Below, piece after piece: positions 1-14,449 of a DNA stretch of 64,000 nt. This stretch comes from Octopus bimaculoides (taxonomy: Eukaryota), in the NCBI RefSeq assembly GCF_001194135.2, contig NC_069005.1, positions 14,201,556-14,265,555 on the forward strand, in the 5' to 3' direction. The notes beneath the pieces were generated by a model that saw only the letters and a list, made by a program, of their open reading frames with translations, was not told the origin of the DNA and did not search any database. Positions within the stretch are counted from its first letter, which is position 1. The number at the start of each line of letters is the position of its first letter. A program made the position numbers and the translations under genes.

Positions 1-19
1 TATATATATATATATGTGC

Positions 20-55
<36 letters not shown>

Positions 56-122
56 GTATGTGCATATATATGTATGTGCATATATATGTATGTATATGTA
101 TGTATATATATATATATGTATA

Positions 123-161
<39 letters not shown>

Positions 162-563
162 ATATGTATAAGTATATATGTGTGTGTATATGTATATATA
201 TTTATGTGTATATGTATATGTACATAGAATTTTTTTTTTTTTGTTAGACCGTTTAAATACCTTTATAGTTGCAAATATAGTGTCTGAGTCTCAGTGTGCA
301 CAGCTGATTGTATCTTTACTGTCAGACAATTGTAAATATGATTAGGGCTTTGCATCAAAATATGAAAGCTAGAGTTAACTTTGGTGGAAGGCTCTCTGAA
401 TCTTTTGCCGTGAAAAATGGAGTAAAGCAAGGAGACCCTGATGCACCCACCCTCTTTGTAATATACTTTTGCTGTGGTCTTGTCACATGCTTTTTAAAAC
501 ACTGAGGAGAGTATTTAGATAAAATATTGAACAACTGGGAATGTAATTAATCTGACCAGACTG

Positions 564-598
<35 letters not shown>

Positions 599-933
599 TG
601 TATATATGTGTATATATAGGTATATATGTGCATGTATGTATGTATATGTGTATGTATATATATACCTATGTTTGTATATATGTGTATGTCCGTGTATATA
701 TATATGTATCTAAGTAGGGAAAATTCACAAAAAAAAAACAATAGACGAAGACGTGGTGTAGGCAACAAACAGATGTATTAGTATAATGCCCGGGAAGTGG
801 AAAAGTCTTTAACGTTTCAAGCCTACACTCTTCCACAGAAAGAAACAAGGAGAGAGAAAAAAGGTATGTGTGTATGTATGCATATATTATATATATATAT
901 ATATATGTATGCATATATTATATATATATATAT

Positions 934-986
<53 letters not shown>

Positions 987-1010
987 ATGTATGTATATAT
1001 ATATTATTCG
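1..1010. repeat. Compound (TA)/(TG)/(TATG) microsatellites (1-225, 565-710, 866-1005); dozens more occur through the window, often at gap edges
   Basis: Directly visible dinucleotide runs. Confidence 0.95.
250..545 (+). mobile_element. Short RT fragment of an RTE-type LINE
   Basis: IRALHQNMKARV...SESFAVKNGVKQGDPDAPTLFVIYF resembles the RT GVxQG motif region. Confidence 0.7.
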
Positions 1011-1142
1011 TTTATATTTATATGGGTACCCCAAAAAACAACCCGGAAGTATTTCCCGCTTCTTTGATGAAGATATATACAGATAAACTTCATTCCCTTT
1101 ACTCTGTTGGATACGTAGTTGTTCGGTTTTGGTGAGGTGAGA
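745..1142 (+). promoter_or_regulatory. Putative promoter and non-coding first exon of the zinc-finger gene
   Basis: ETS-type CCGGAAGT (1043-1050) and CGGGAAGT (791-798), E2F-type TTTCCCGC (1052-1059), strong donor GAG|GTGAGA after 1136. Local CpG enrichment by manual count: about 13 in 1041-1400 versus 1 in 5041-5400. Confidence 0.5.
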
Positions 1143-2037
1143 ATTTTGTTCGTTTATATATATTTTTGGGACAATATTGTGCTGATGAACGAAATCTAGA
1201 TTCATTCTAGTAATCGCGAAATCGGTCGATACACAGTTAAGTTTATTTTAAAAGAAAGTTGGTCATCTTCTGTTGGTTGTTTTTTCCTCGCATAGGTACT
1301 AAATGTGGTTATTTTGAGAAGTCCACTGTGTGGCGTTATTATTTTTCTATAATAATGCCCTTTATATAAATATAAACGAATAATTATATTCTTGGGAATA
1401 GAAATTTCCCTAATGAATTATTTTACACACTGGCTTCTTGATAAAATTCTTGTAAAAAAGTTTTATCCTTTTTTGAATTTATGTATATATATATATATAT
1501 GTATATCATAGGTGCACGGTTCATGGAAGGAAAGGAAGCAATGGTTCCTTTTATTGAAACTATATTATTTTTTGTAAGATCGTTCTTCTAATTTTCTGTT
1601 AAATTACTATAAACTACATGAAATCATAGGCTTCAGACTTTTCTTGTCGGAATGAGCATGCGATGACAAGCAGTGACACAAAAGATTAGTGCAAGGGAAG
1701 CAACACGAGCTTTTACATCCTTTCCATAGTAATATCTTAGCATTTTTTCCGATAAAAATGCCACAAAGACAATTTTTTTCAATTAAGAGCTGATAACAAA
1801 TAGTTTTAGACGCTAATAAATACTTATACACTTAGATTAAATTTCTATCAATTCGCAATATCTATGATATTTATAATCTTACGTTATGTAACACTTACAT
1901 AGGATAAGGGAAGCAAGTTGACATTCTGCTTCCATAAGAAAGACACTAAAAAGAGAACATGCACATAGTTTTCTGCGTTTATTCAAAGAATACTTTATAC
2001 ATTTTCAAATTACAGAACACCCTTAATATAAGATGTG

Positions 2038-2075
<38 letters not shown>

Positions 2076-2759
2076 CAAATTAAAAATTAGCTGTATAATA
2101 TGAACATCTCAATTTCCTTCAAATATCTTTTGTGACAGAAAATTTTGGTCATTGCTTCCCCAGCCAGAAAGATCACCGCACACTGCTGATATATATATAT
2201 ATATATATATATATGAATATATGTGTATGTATGTATATATATGTATACTTGTGTATATATGTATATACATACATATGTATATGCATATATATGTGTATAT
2301 ACGTATATATGTATCGGACAGGCAGCCAGTTGGACATCATTTCTCTCGTGTCTTGATATTTTTTCTCTTCCACTATTTATTCTATGTCCTTTCAAAATTT
2401 CTTCCAGGCATTACCCATTGCAATTCCTCTTAGCCTAAAGGCCCTAAATGTCTGTCTTCATCAGTTGTTTACTACTATCCATCCACTCTGGTGTTGTTTT
2501 TTCAAAACCCTAACCCTCCACATATTTTAGTTTAAAAATTTCTGGATGCTGTTGTCCCATGTTTTCCTGTCTTGTTGTTAAAAGCACAAAATTGGGAGTA
2601 ATATCACCGTCAACAACTGAGGAGAGGCTAAACGTCTGTTGGTATTCTGTCCCTTACTTATCTCTTGTTGTGTGCTTACATATTTTGCACTCGTTGGTGA
2701 TTTCTTGTTCTTAATGTGTATTTTTCATTTATATATATATGTGTGTGTGTGTATGTATC

Positions 2760-2832
<73 letters not shown>

Positions 2833-5800
2833 CACATGCACCTGTCCTAGCACATGCACCTGTCCTTTGCACAGTTTAACATATAAATAAATAATAAATT
2901 GAAAAATGTGAAAACAACTAAAAAAGTCTGTAACTTTCAAACTAACTAGATCCACCCTCTCACACCTACGATACAATGTCATTCTCAAAATAAATAATCA
3001 CATCATTGAAATCTTGAACCTACAAGATAATGCATGATTAATTCAGAATAATGTGAATTAATATACCTTACACTTGACAGAGTAATCTGAATGCTAAAGG
3101 GTTGCAACTGTTACCTGCAATAATGGCAAATGTAAAAGCTGGCATTACTGTGCTAAACTATGAAAACGAATTAGTAAATGCTTCGAAGTAGGTGAATTTT
3201 CTACCATCCTGTTGTTTCATATTTATTTTTGTTGTTTGAAATGGACTTTGGATTTCTAAGTTTTCAACATGAGTCCATGTTAAACGTCATTACATCTTGT
3301 CATCAATATATTTGTTCTGATTTTGTTTAACTCTTGTCAAAAGAAAGCTGTGCATCTGTCATAAATTTCTCTCTCAAAACTTTCAAATAAATAACTATGG
3401 TTTTGTTTACTTTTAATGAGAAATGTCTTTATTTTCAACAATGCTAATTTAATAATTAAAGTAACTAAATGTTGAGAAATGAAAAATAGTATTCTTTAAT
3501 GGCATACTTCAACTTATTTATTTATTTGTTTCATTTACTTTTTGTCACAAGAGAGCCGACTTTAGCATTGAAGTCAGCTTTTCTGGCCCAAATATTCCAT
3601 GTGCTTTATGATCAAATTGGCCACATTCAGATACTCGTGTCTACCCTGGAATGTCATTTTAAAAACAATCACATCATCAAAATCTTGAAGCTACCAGATA
3701 ATGCAGCATTCATTCAAAACTGTGTGAATAAATATGCATTACATTTGACAGAGTAATCTGGATGTTAAAAGTGTTACGTGATAATTTTTTTAAACATCTC
3801 AGATTTTTTTCTTTTTTATCTTAAGGGTCTTATTTTTTTCTCAAACAGTCTTCACATTTTTTAGCTTAAGCACTGGAGATAACATGTTATATGTCATTGT
3901 AATATATTATGTACATCTTGTAAAATATATACATATGTTTTAATCTTGTTCAACACTTGTGCAGTCATATAGTTCTAAATTTTACATCTCCTTTTTGACC
4001 AGACCATCAGATGTCCTTACATGTTGCTGGTCGCAATGCATTTCCACTCTTCCTTTCATTGTGCCATTCCTTTTCCATTTTGGACTGAATTGTTTGATTC
4101 ATCTTCCCATCTTCTAAGTAGTTTCTTTCTAATTGCATGGGTCTACCTGTTATCTGTGAGCCTTCAGACATGCCCAGCCCAGTAAAACTTGTGTTTTCAG
4201 TATTCTGCAATCACACCACTCATTCCTTTCTGTTATAAAATTACCTTGCTTTTTGGATATACTCCCACAATGATATTCATATGCATCGATCTTTCCATAG
4301 CCCTCTGTATCATAGCCAGTCACTGTTTTTTAACTGACACTCCGTCAGTTACAATAACAAGTGTTCCAGTTGATCCGATCAACAGAATAGCCTGCTCGCA
4401 AAATTAACATGCAAATGGCTGAATGCTCAAGACACACATACCCTAAATGTAGTTCTTAGGGAGATTCAGTGTGACACAGAATGTGACAAGGCTGGCCCTT
4501 TGAATTACAGGTAAAACTCATTTTTGCTAGCTGAGTGGACTGGAGCAACAAAATAAAATATCTTGCTCAAGGACACAATACACCATCAGGATTCATATTC
4601 ATGATCTTACAATCATGAGCTGAATAAGCCACACACCTTCACTTCCTTCTTTATAGTAATACCTGTAGGACAGTGCCACTGAACAGATTGGTACACACAG
4701 TCTTGTCCAGCTGTACTTTGAGCACATCTCTAACTGAAGGAAACACCTTCCACTCTACTCTTATTCTGCCTGAGGTTTTGGTGTTCATGTCTTAGTATGT
4801 TTCCTCTCTGTCCTCAGTATATGTACTCTTTTGCCTTCTCACTTTTATCACTTCCCACCTCTATTCAGCCTTTTACTATGTTTTCAGGTTACACGTGTTT
4901 TGCTTTCATTTTGAGACCTACTTGCTTGAATTCTGGGCATGCAGCTCTATCAGCATGGCCTGCAGTTGATCTGAGGTTTCTGTGATGACATCACATGACA
5001 TCATCTGTGAAACAAAGATGTTTTAGTCACACACCACTGCTGACCATTTTAAGCATGCAGTGAAGAGTCTTGGAGAAATTGTAACACCTTGACTAGAGCT
5101 CACATGGGTGAAAATTCTCTTCTGGAAGCTTTAAATAAAAGCAAAAAAAATTGTTTTGTTTACTTCCAATAACATCCGAGTTTAGAATATTGCTTCTTGT
5201 TGTAAAAGTGCATCTCTTGTTGAAAATCAGTACATCTTTTTTTTTCTCAAAAATCAATTTAATTTTGTAACATTGAGAATTTTAAAAAACCCTTCTCTAA
5301 CTTTAGGATGGTCTTTTGTTGTTTTTTTTAAGATAATTTTTATTTATGCTTTGAACATCAGACATAGGTTCTGACTTTTTTAAAGATTAATTTTTAAAAT
5401 TATGCAATATTTAAAAATCCTTTAATAATAAGCAACATTTTAAATAATGTGTGTGTTTGTGTAAAAAATTTTAAGTATACAATTTATTGATTGGGTGGTT
5501 ACAGATGGAACATCTTTGTATTATTACCTATTATCGCAGGTTATTGAATCTTAAATAAAATTTTAGGAAGTTTATATTCTTGAAGCAACCTGTATCATGC
5601 AGCTTGCCAAAGATATGTCAATGAATGCAAATTGCAATTTTAATCTTTTATTTTTAACAAGATTTAGCTGTTAAGAGGGTACATACATTCTTTTTGTACC
5701 CTACTTATATGGCTTTGATTTCTTTTTTTTAATTGTATGTTCTGGCCTAAATATAGGAGTCACCCCAGATATATGTCATTGTCATCATCATTCTGAAGTT

Positions 5801-6326
5801 CACTTTTGCTTGCTAAATTCATTAAGCAAATTTTCTATGGCCAGATGCTCTTCCTGTTTCCAATCTAAGTAATATTTTCCCCTAGTATGGAATTGTTTAC
5901 ATGGAAGCTTGCAAACAAACAGCACTACTCATATAACAATGACATTTGTTTACAGTTAGTGCATGATGACATAAGGACGGACGGACGGACGGACGCACAC
6001 ACATTTGTGCATGATGGACTTCTTTGAGTTTTTAATCAACCAAATTCACTTGCAAAATATATATTTCCCTGGCCTCTTTTTGTGTGTGTAAAATTTATGG
6101 GTGTTAACTACTTAGGGATATGTGGGAATTTCAAAAGTGTTTCTTCTCCTCCAGAATTGTTATCCTCTTTCTGTAAAAATACAATGAAGAAAAATAATTT
6201 TGAAAGCAGTTCAAAAGTGAAAAACTTACAAGTAGAGTTATAGGGTGAAATTAATTAAAATGTATGAAAAAATTTGTTGCTGATTCAGAGTATCCTGAAC
6301 TTAACCAAAACTTTTTGTAAACAAAC

Positions 6327-6714
6327 AGTAGACTGTCTGATATATTCTGATTTTTGAGTATTCAAGAAAAATATGAGTCATGTAGATGCATAAATATAAT
6401 TAGACATGACCACAGCTTTCCAAGTAAGACTATCCCATCCCTGAATCCTAAATTTTTTTTACCTAAAACCTAACTCCACTACCTAATTCCTAACCCTAAA
6501 TGCAACTCTAAAGTTTAAACCCTAATCTTAATCCTTATGTGCTAATCCTAATCTCTGACTCTAACCCTTGAATTTTACCTCTAAACCCTAATCCCTAACT
6601 CTTAGCCCTAAACCCAACCCTAATCCTATGCTCCAACCCTAACCCTAACTGAACTCCAAACCAATGCACTAAATTTTATTGAATATTGCTGCAACATGAG
6701 TCAGACTGTCTACT
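6327..6714. repeat. Degenerate (CCCTAA)n-like array enclosed by short inverted repeats (probable old MITE)
   Basis: Array 6445-6660. AGTAGACTGTCTGA (6327-6340) versus TCAGACTGTCTACT (6701-6714) is an inverted repeat with one mismatch. Confidence 0.65.
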
Positions 6715-6864
6715 TTTTGTTTGAAAATTTTGCTTCAGGGCATAAAGTTTACAATTTAAAACAGAAATAAAAAATTTTCAAATGAAAAATAAGAATCTAA
6801 AAAGTTACCGAGTGGTGGTTCTCATTCCAAAACTCTGTTGCTATTGAATGATTTTTTTGCTTAA

Positions 6865-6990
6865 CCTTTGGCATGCTTAGGCGCATCATGTCACTGTATG
6901 AGTTGTCCTCCTATAGCTGCCAGCACATTGTGTCATATTGAGAGAGGAGGAAATTCCTAGGGTGACAATATGCCTACAGCAGGCTAAAGG
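6865..6990. mobile_element. Short TTAA-flanked MITE
   Basis: TTAA|CCTTTGGC ... GCTAAAGG|TTAA. Confidence 0.6.
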
Positions 6991-9271
6991 TTAATGATTT
7001 GCACTTCCCTAATTTGAAATTCCTTTAATTTACTGTAAATGATGGTGAGGGAACAAAATTGCTGAAATTGTCATCATTTGTGTCAACTTCTTGTATCATA
7101 GACCCTTTCATGGAATTATGGATAACTTGTTGACCTTCATGTCCATTTCTAAAATACAATTAAAAAGTATTTGATTAAAAAAAGAAGAAAATTCTCAATT
7201 TAAAAGCAATAATTTGTTCATTCTGTTGTTATTCCTTTTTAATAAGAAATATTTAAAGAAATTTAATGAAAACACATAACAAAATTGATAAAAAGACAAT
7301 TCAGTCATATTATATAGATATAGTGGAAATATTCAATGTGAGAAATGTGTGGAAATATTTAGTGTGAGATATTTGTTTGGTGAATACTAGTTATTGCATT
7401 GATATTTGGTTGAAAATTAGTGTAAATTACATTAAATTGAAAATTGCTAGGCAACTGAAATCATTACTGTATATGAGTAACGAATGAATACTGGGATTCA
7501 GTATCTCTATTACAGTATCTTCATGAAAATTCTGTGTCCTTGTCCTCAACTGGTTCACCAATCAGCCAGTTGGTATTACATATTTACTAGGTGTATGCTG
7601 ATGATGTGATATCTGCTAAGGTATTTAACTCCTTAGCATTTAAACTGGCTGCATCTGACCAAAATTTCCCACTTATTTCATTTTCAAACCAACCAGATTC
7701 TATCACTCACACCTAACTTGCAAAGTCCATTTTAAAAATAAACGATCACATCATCAAAATCTTGAAGCTACAAGCTAATGCAGGGTTTAACTCGAAACAA
7801 TCTTATAATAATTTTGCTTGTTACTCTTTTACTTAACCCATCTGTAATGCTTCCATGTGATTAGTTGAAGGGAGGGAAGGAANNNNNNNNNNNNNNNNNN
7901 NNNNNNNNNNNNNNNNNNNNNNNNNNNNNNNNNNNNNNNNNNNNNNNNNNNNNNNNNNNNNNNNNNNNNNNNNNNNNNNNNNNNNNNNNNNNNNNNNNNN
8001 NNNNNNNNNNNNNNNNNNNNNNNNNNNNNNNNNNNNNNNNNNNNNNNNNNNNNNNNNNNNNNNNNNNNNNNNNNNNNNNNNNNNNNNNNNNNNNNNNNNN
8101 NNNNNNNNNNNNNNNNNNNNNNNNNNNNNNNNNNNNNNNNNNNNNNNNNNNNNNNNNNNNNNNNNNNNNNNNNNNNNNNNNNNNNNNNNNNNNNNNNNNN
8201 NNNNNNNNNNNNNNNNNNNNNNNNNNNNNNNNNNNNNNNNNNNNNNNNNNNNCTTTCAGGTTTTTTGGATAAAGTTTTCAGAAATAACCCAATAAGGTTA
8301 CCATTAATTCCATGAAATATTCGCAAGTCCCGTTAATGGGAATAAATAAGCATTATATTCGACAGAATAATCAATGTTAAATAGCTAAATTGAATCATAT
8401 TCACTAATAATTCATCACTCTTAATACTCAAACTTATTTCAAGGGGTGTTTATCAATCCCTTGTATAGCTGCGTAGACATCCCCTCCCCAGTAGTGACCA
8501 CTTCACTGAACCCCTAGCCACATAGGAACCCTGACTCACTTTGCCGACCCCTGGTTTAAAATAAGCATTGCCAAAGCATAATTTTAATTATTGTGGGTGT
8601 CATTCATTAATTGGGATAATTTTAATTATTTTACCTGACAATGGAGGTGTTCTCTACTAGTAATTGCAGCCAAATATCCTATATAACTACACACTCCTAT
8701 CTTAATAGTGATGGACAGCAGCAAAATGATCTGATACAATCCATCCACCCATATTAATCAACAACAGCACTAATCTTGAACAACCCCATGATAATTCAAC
8801 ACAACAAAACCCACACACATAAGTGACAATAGCAGCAACAGAAAATTAGTGCTTCTAACAACCAGCCTACAATGAAAAGAAAACAAAAGCTGGAGACAGG
8901 AAGTAGACATCAGTGTGAGTAAGAGTTGCATGGTTTGATTGGTGGGGCTGTGATCCTTTCTCCAAGCCTTAGAAAATCCACTTTGAAAGTCGTATTTCTG
9001 TGAAAGTATATTAAAATTGGGATTAAGATTTTATTAATCATTTAAGATCTAATAAGGTTGCTGGAATAAAAATTACACTATATATAACAGGACATGAGAT
9101 GGTTATGTAGCTACTAAAGATGTAACTGAATATCTTATAAAGAATTTCTTGTGTTTTGTTTTGTGCTCTCATTTGTATACCAGATGATACCAAAACGATA
9201 ACGTGGACAGGAATACACATGACATTCTAAATACTGGTTATTTGTCATGCAATTTAAGTTTTTACTTTCAT

Positions 9272-9313
<42 letters not shown>

Positions 9314-10039
9314 TCCATTGTGTCCTTTACAATTTGAGGTGCTTGGGTGTGATTTGATGGGAATTTAGATGCTGTTTATAATAGGTTGAGTTAGGATTCT
9401 TTGTTTGAAAAGTTATGAGGTACTTAAAAATGAGGGTGATTGCAGTGTTTCTATGACATTCTAATATTATGTACAGTATGCATACTTATTCCTCTTCAGT
9501 TCTTGTTGAACATATAAGGCTACATCTAACTACTTGCCTAATTTGCATTTGCTGTAGTTTCTGTTACAGATTATTTTATAGAGTTGTTGTTGTTTACCCT
9601 GGCACCCAGCTTCCATCATATACAGTAATGGTTTCACTTGACCATTGTCTGAATTCTATTGGGTACATGATTCCTGTCAGTATAACTTTTGGAGTCACGG
9701 GAGCACAGAAACCCTTCTCGTCACAAATTTAATATTTTTCTTTATTCTTATGACAGAAAACTGTACAAACAGGTTTTTTTTCTTTCTTTTTTTCTTCCTT
9801 TTTCATTAACACACTTTGTAAGATGTGTATCAGCATGCATGCACATGATTTTATATATATGTTCATATATACATATCCACAATCTGATTTGTGCTTCCTT
9901 AAGATAAACTTGCTCTAATTTACTGTAAGTGGCCACAATGGAACGTGCTTATTATTGCTAAAGTATTACGGTCCTTTGTCTTTGTCTTGTCCTACATGGT
10001 TTTGGAGCCCTTGTGACCAATAAAGAAAGCATTATTATA

Positions 10040-10329
10040 ATCACTATTTTAGGAGCTGGGGTTTAGTTGATCAAATCAACCTCAGTACTTGACTGGTAAT
10101 AAAATAAAATACCAATCAAATAATTAGCTACTTCCCACCACTGAAATTGTTGGCCTTTTCCAAAATTTGAAAGTATTATTTTCATCATGGCTCTTCTGAG
10201 TTCAAACTGATGAGGTCAACTTTGCCTTTCATCCTTTCAAGATCAAAAGAGTAGCTACCAGTCAAGTTGATGTAATTGACTTACTCTTTTTCTTTCAAAG
10301 TTGCTGGTTTTGTGCCAAAATTAGAAAGA

Positions 10330-10380
<51 letters not shown>

Positions 10381-10630
10381 GTTGTTGTTGTTATTATTTG
10401 GTGGTTGAGCTGGCAGAACCATTTCCTTGTTGGACAAAATGTTTTGTGGAATTTCATTCATCTTTACAGTCTGAGTTCAAATTTTTCCAAGGTCGACTTT
10501 GCCTTTTATCCTTTTGGGGTGTCAATAAAATAAGCACCTGTTGAGTACTGGGGTCAATGTAATCAACTTACCCCCTCCTCTGAACTTGCTGGCCTTGTGC
10601 CCAAATTGGAAATCATTATTATTATTGATA
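10040..10630 (+). mobile_element. Cluster of the same (ATT)n-tailed SINE family (about three partial copies)
   Basis: Same core and tail motifs as at 24560-26490. Confidence 0.75.
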
Positions 10631-10879
10631 TCACCCAATCATTTTCAGTTTTTTAATCCTCTCTCTTATTGTCCGTTTTACAATGGTGTATGCATAACAA
10701 AGATATATTGTGTAGTTTATTTGAACTGAATATTTATTTTGTGATCCAAATTCATGCCTCTGTGATCTTTTAGTCAAATTAAATAAACTGTTGGCTCTGC
10801 AATGTGCATTGAGTACTCTCTTCTTCATCTGACATAACATCAATGTTTGAATATTTATATANNNNNNNNNNTGAATATT

Positions 10880-10922
<43 letters not shown>

Positions 10923-11049
10923 GGAAATATATATAAAAGCATGTCTTTGTCATTAAAAAAATTTTTTTTTTTATTGTTGATGTTGAATTGATAATGAATG
11001 ATCTTTTTAATTTCAGGTGGTTTAACAAGTAGGCTTTTTGAAGTGATCT

Positions 11050-11995
11050 CTCCATAGTTTGAGTTGTTCAACTTCACTTGCTGCTTATGGTTGAGATTTT
11101 GAGGAACACTTTCTTCTGCTTACTTCATTTACAATTTTCCATGCTATAGGTGATCGTTTATTGTCTATAGAAACTTTAATGTTGTTGATTTGCTTTTTTC
11201 ATATAAAGCTCTTACTCTTTTTGATATTCCAAGGCCAATTCCTTCTGTTCTTTAGTGAACTATTTTAGGTTTGATCATTTTAGTTTAGAAATCTTTCTGA
11301 GTGTTTCTCTCTTTTTGATGACAGCTGCAGTTTCCCAGGGAACTCTATGCTTAACTTCTGGTTTCAGAGGGATGCACTCGTTTGCTGCTTGCTTGTGTGC
11401 AGTGACAAAATTTTCATACTCAGGAGTGGTAGTTTCAGAATTATTTTGCAGGGCTTCATACCTTTTTCTTAATGTCATTGCAAATTGATCACATATATCA
11501 GGGTTTGCTAGAGATGACCAGTCATAGCATTTATGTTTGGTTTCAGGTTTTTTATTTGATCTTAGTCTGAGGCGAATTTTAACTGATACCGTCCTGTGTT
11601 CAAAGGAAACATTATTAAGTGTATCAAATGCCATGCAGTTCATGGCACTGTTTGCCCATTTTTTGTTAATGAATATGTACTCTAACTGTGCTTTTGTACC
11701 ACTTGGGTATGTGCATGTCTACTGCTTTCCATGCTTGCTCTTTTGATATCTTCTCCATTTCAATTTCTTGTTTCATGGAAGCTGTATTTGTATTCATCCT
11801 TTGCACGGTGAGCATATCTCCTATAAGCAAGACATTATAACAAGGTATTTGTCTCACAAGATAAAAGAGTTCAAGGTAGAACTTGACAACCTCTGCTTCA
11901 TCAGAGGCATTTGTTGGGTAGTAGCAAGATATAACAGTGGTGTGTGGGTTTCCATTTAAGGTTGCTATAATAATTATATGGGTGAATCTTTTCAA
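11050..11995 (-). mobile_element. Degenerate LINE fragment (apurinic endonuclease domain and downstream linker, RTE-like)
   Basis: ORFs 11666-11995 (TVISCYYPTNAS...VLLIGD) and 11275-11643 (SFEHRTVSVKIRLRL) match AP-endonuclease motifs of non-LTR retrotransposons; broken frames. Confidence 0.75.
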
Positions 11996-13450
11996 TAGTG
12001 TTCAGTGAGTCAAAAGCATGGGGACTAAACGTAATACTAAGATTACATTGCTATTAAATATCTACCTATCAACTTGCTTTGCTTCACTTTCATTTTGTAT
12101 GTGACAATATTTGATTATATAACTATATTGTATATAAACAAACAATATACTTCCTTTTGTTTGGTTTGCATCAAAAAGGCTAACAATAATGTAAATGAGA
12201 TGGGCTTAATTTTTCATTTTCACTACACATAAAATGTAGATTGGCTAACAATATTAAAATTACATTGTGTTTAGTAACAAATACTAACTGTATCAAAAAG
12301 TTGTTGAAGTGTGTGTGTGTACACAAAAAATCATTGGCAGTTTTTAGGCAATAATTTTTAAAATTCTTTTTTAAATGCAAGTTCTTTTAACATAATTGCA
12401 TTTCATCTTACAGCACTATTTTACATTTTCCTCTGATGACATTTGAGCTTCCTTCATGTTGCATATCTTGCCAATGTTCTTCTCATATGCATGCCATAAC
12501 ATATACTTATGCATATACCTTATAGGAATATATGATACATTGATATGAAATTAAAGTAAAATTAGCTCTTGAGGATTCTGTGTTTGCACAAATGTGTGGA
12601 GGGAGGTGGGGCTAGATACATGATGTGTCTGTTTCTTGGTAGATTCATCTGTTCTGGGTATTTTCATAACTATTCCCATGTAACTTTGATAGCCTTATGC
12701 TGCTGGTCACAGAGGGACTCTATTTTTAACACTGCCTGATGAGAGGTTCAGTTCTTGAAACAGAAAGTTCTATAATGGAAGACTTGCTACGAGGTAAAAT
12801 CATGTACCTTCTTTATATTGGATATCAGAAGTTGAATTTTCCCCCTATATTCTTTCACTACATACACACTTAATGTTCATAATTTATAGGAACATTAGTT
12901 ATGCATTTTGAGTGGAAAATATCTCATTAAGACTTAATATGTATCATGTGTTTTGTCATTGAGTATGTATTATATACACTAGTCTAGCACCTAGCAAAAA
13001 TAATGGGTTTTATTTGGGTAAAGAATACATTGTGCAAAGAAATTTTCCATAATACTCATTGTTGAATATACAGTGCCCTACATTGCTGGCATTGGGCTTC
13101 AATGAAGAACATCATAGCAATAAATGACAAAAAGTAGGAAAATATGGAGAATGTCTCATCATGGATAAGAGAAAAGCATGTGGAAGAATAGATCTAGCTG
13201 AGATTGAAGAACAAATCACCATTAGTCAGATATTATATCTTTATTTTATGTCCTGCTGTGTTGTGAACATGGTTAGTGGTTTTGGACAGACCTGTGAATA
13301 GTGTTATATATATACATACATACATGCATATATATATAGTATTAATATTTAGCAGAAGCAAAGAGTTTTGTGCATTGGCACTTATCAAACCTCTGTGTGT
13401 GACATTTCCTTCTTTTTTTACCATTATCATATTTTTTGTAACATTTGCTT

Positions 13451-13491
<41 letters not shown>

Positions 13492-14271
13492 NNNNNNNNN
13501 NNNNNNNNNNNNNNNNNNNNNNNNNNNNNNNNNNNNNNNNNNNNNNNNNNNNNNNNNNNNNNNNNNNNNNNNNNNNNNNNNNNNNNNNNNNNNNNNNNNN
13601 NNNNNNNNNNNNNNNNNNNNNNNNNNNNNNNNNNNNNNNNNNNNNNNNNNNNNNNNNNNNNNNNNNNNNNNNNNNNNNNNNNNNNNNNNNNNNNNNNNNN
13701 NNNNNNNNNNNNNNNNNNNNNNNNNNNNNNNNNNNNNNNNNNNNNNNNNNNNNNNNNNNNNNNNNNNNNNNNNNNNNNNNNNNNNNNNNNNNNNNNNNNN
13801 NNNNNNNNNNNNNNNNNNNNNNNTTTGTAGTGTATTAGTGTATGTATACACACTCACTAGCAGAATACCCAGTGTCCACCCAGCATTTCCTCAGCTGAAA
13901 AGTAGCTGTAAATGGCTCAGAATCTGTTTTTCTTCTTTAATGAAGGCACAAATTGAATTTGGGATTTATTTCTTTTGGAAAGTCAGTGTTTAACACAGGA
14001 TTAAGTAAATGTAAAAATCTTTTATTCTTGAGATTTTTTTAATTTTTAAAATAATTTAAAACATGCTTGGAATTCGGAGTGTTTGGAGGTAACCACTTTA
14101 AGAAACATAATTCTGATAACCTTTGCAACTGCCAAACATTCAATGATAAATGTTGTGATGCACTCTGTTTGTTAGTAGATCTATATCCATCATGCCCTTG
14201 GAAATTTTGAACATTATCATGTCATTAATTCATGATAATGTTTTCTGCTCTACTGACACGCACTTCCAACT

Positions 14272-14431
14272 GACTCTTGAGCTTCTTACATAGAATTGGT
14301 CATTAGCAAAGCAGTACTCCTTAAGATGTTGTCTAGCAGCTGCCAATGTTTGCCCTTGAGATTTAATGATTGACGAGGACAAAGCTTAGGTGTTCTGGAA
14401 ACTGAAGTTTCCTAAATTGAAAATGCATATC
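14272..14431 (-). mobile_element. Degenerate Helitron helicase C-terminal fragment (not in ORF track)
   Basis: Manual reverse-strand translation: DMHFQFRKLQFPEHLSF, frameshift, IIKSQGQTLAAARQHLKEYCFANDQFYVRSSRV. Confidence 0.75.
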
Positions 14432-14449
14432 TCTTTAGTAGAAGTGGAA

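Noticed and set aside
2830-2865. 18-bp perfect tandem duplication TAGCACATGCACCTGTCC
   Set aside because: Simple slippage at the junction of a (TA)n run and a MITE end; no functional signal.
14-2988. Many YIYI/CVCV ORFs, plus poly-N/poly-L/poly-R/ERER ORFs (e.g. 24608-25021, 21798-22055) and all X-rich ORFs
   Set aside because: Translations of microsatellites or of N-gaps, which contain no stop codons by construction.
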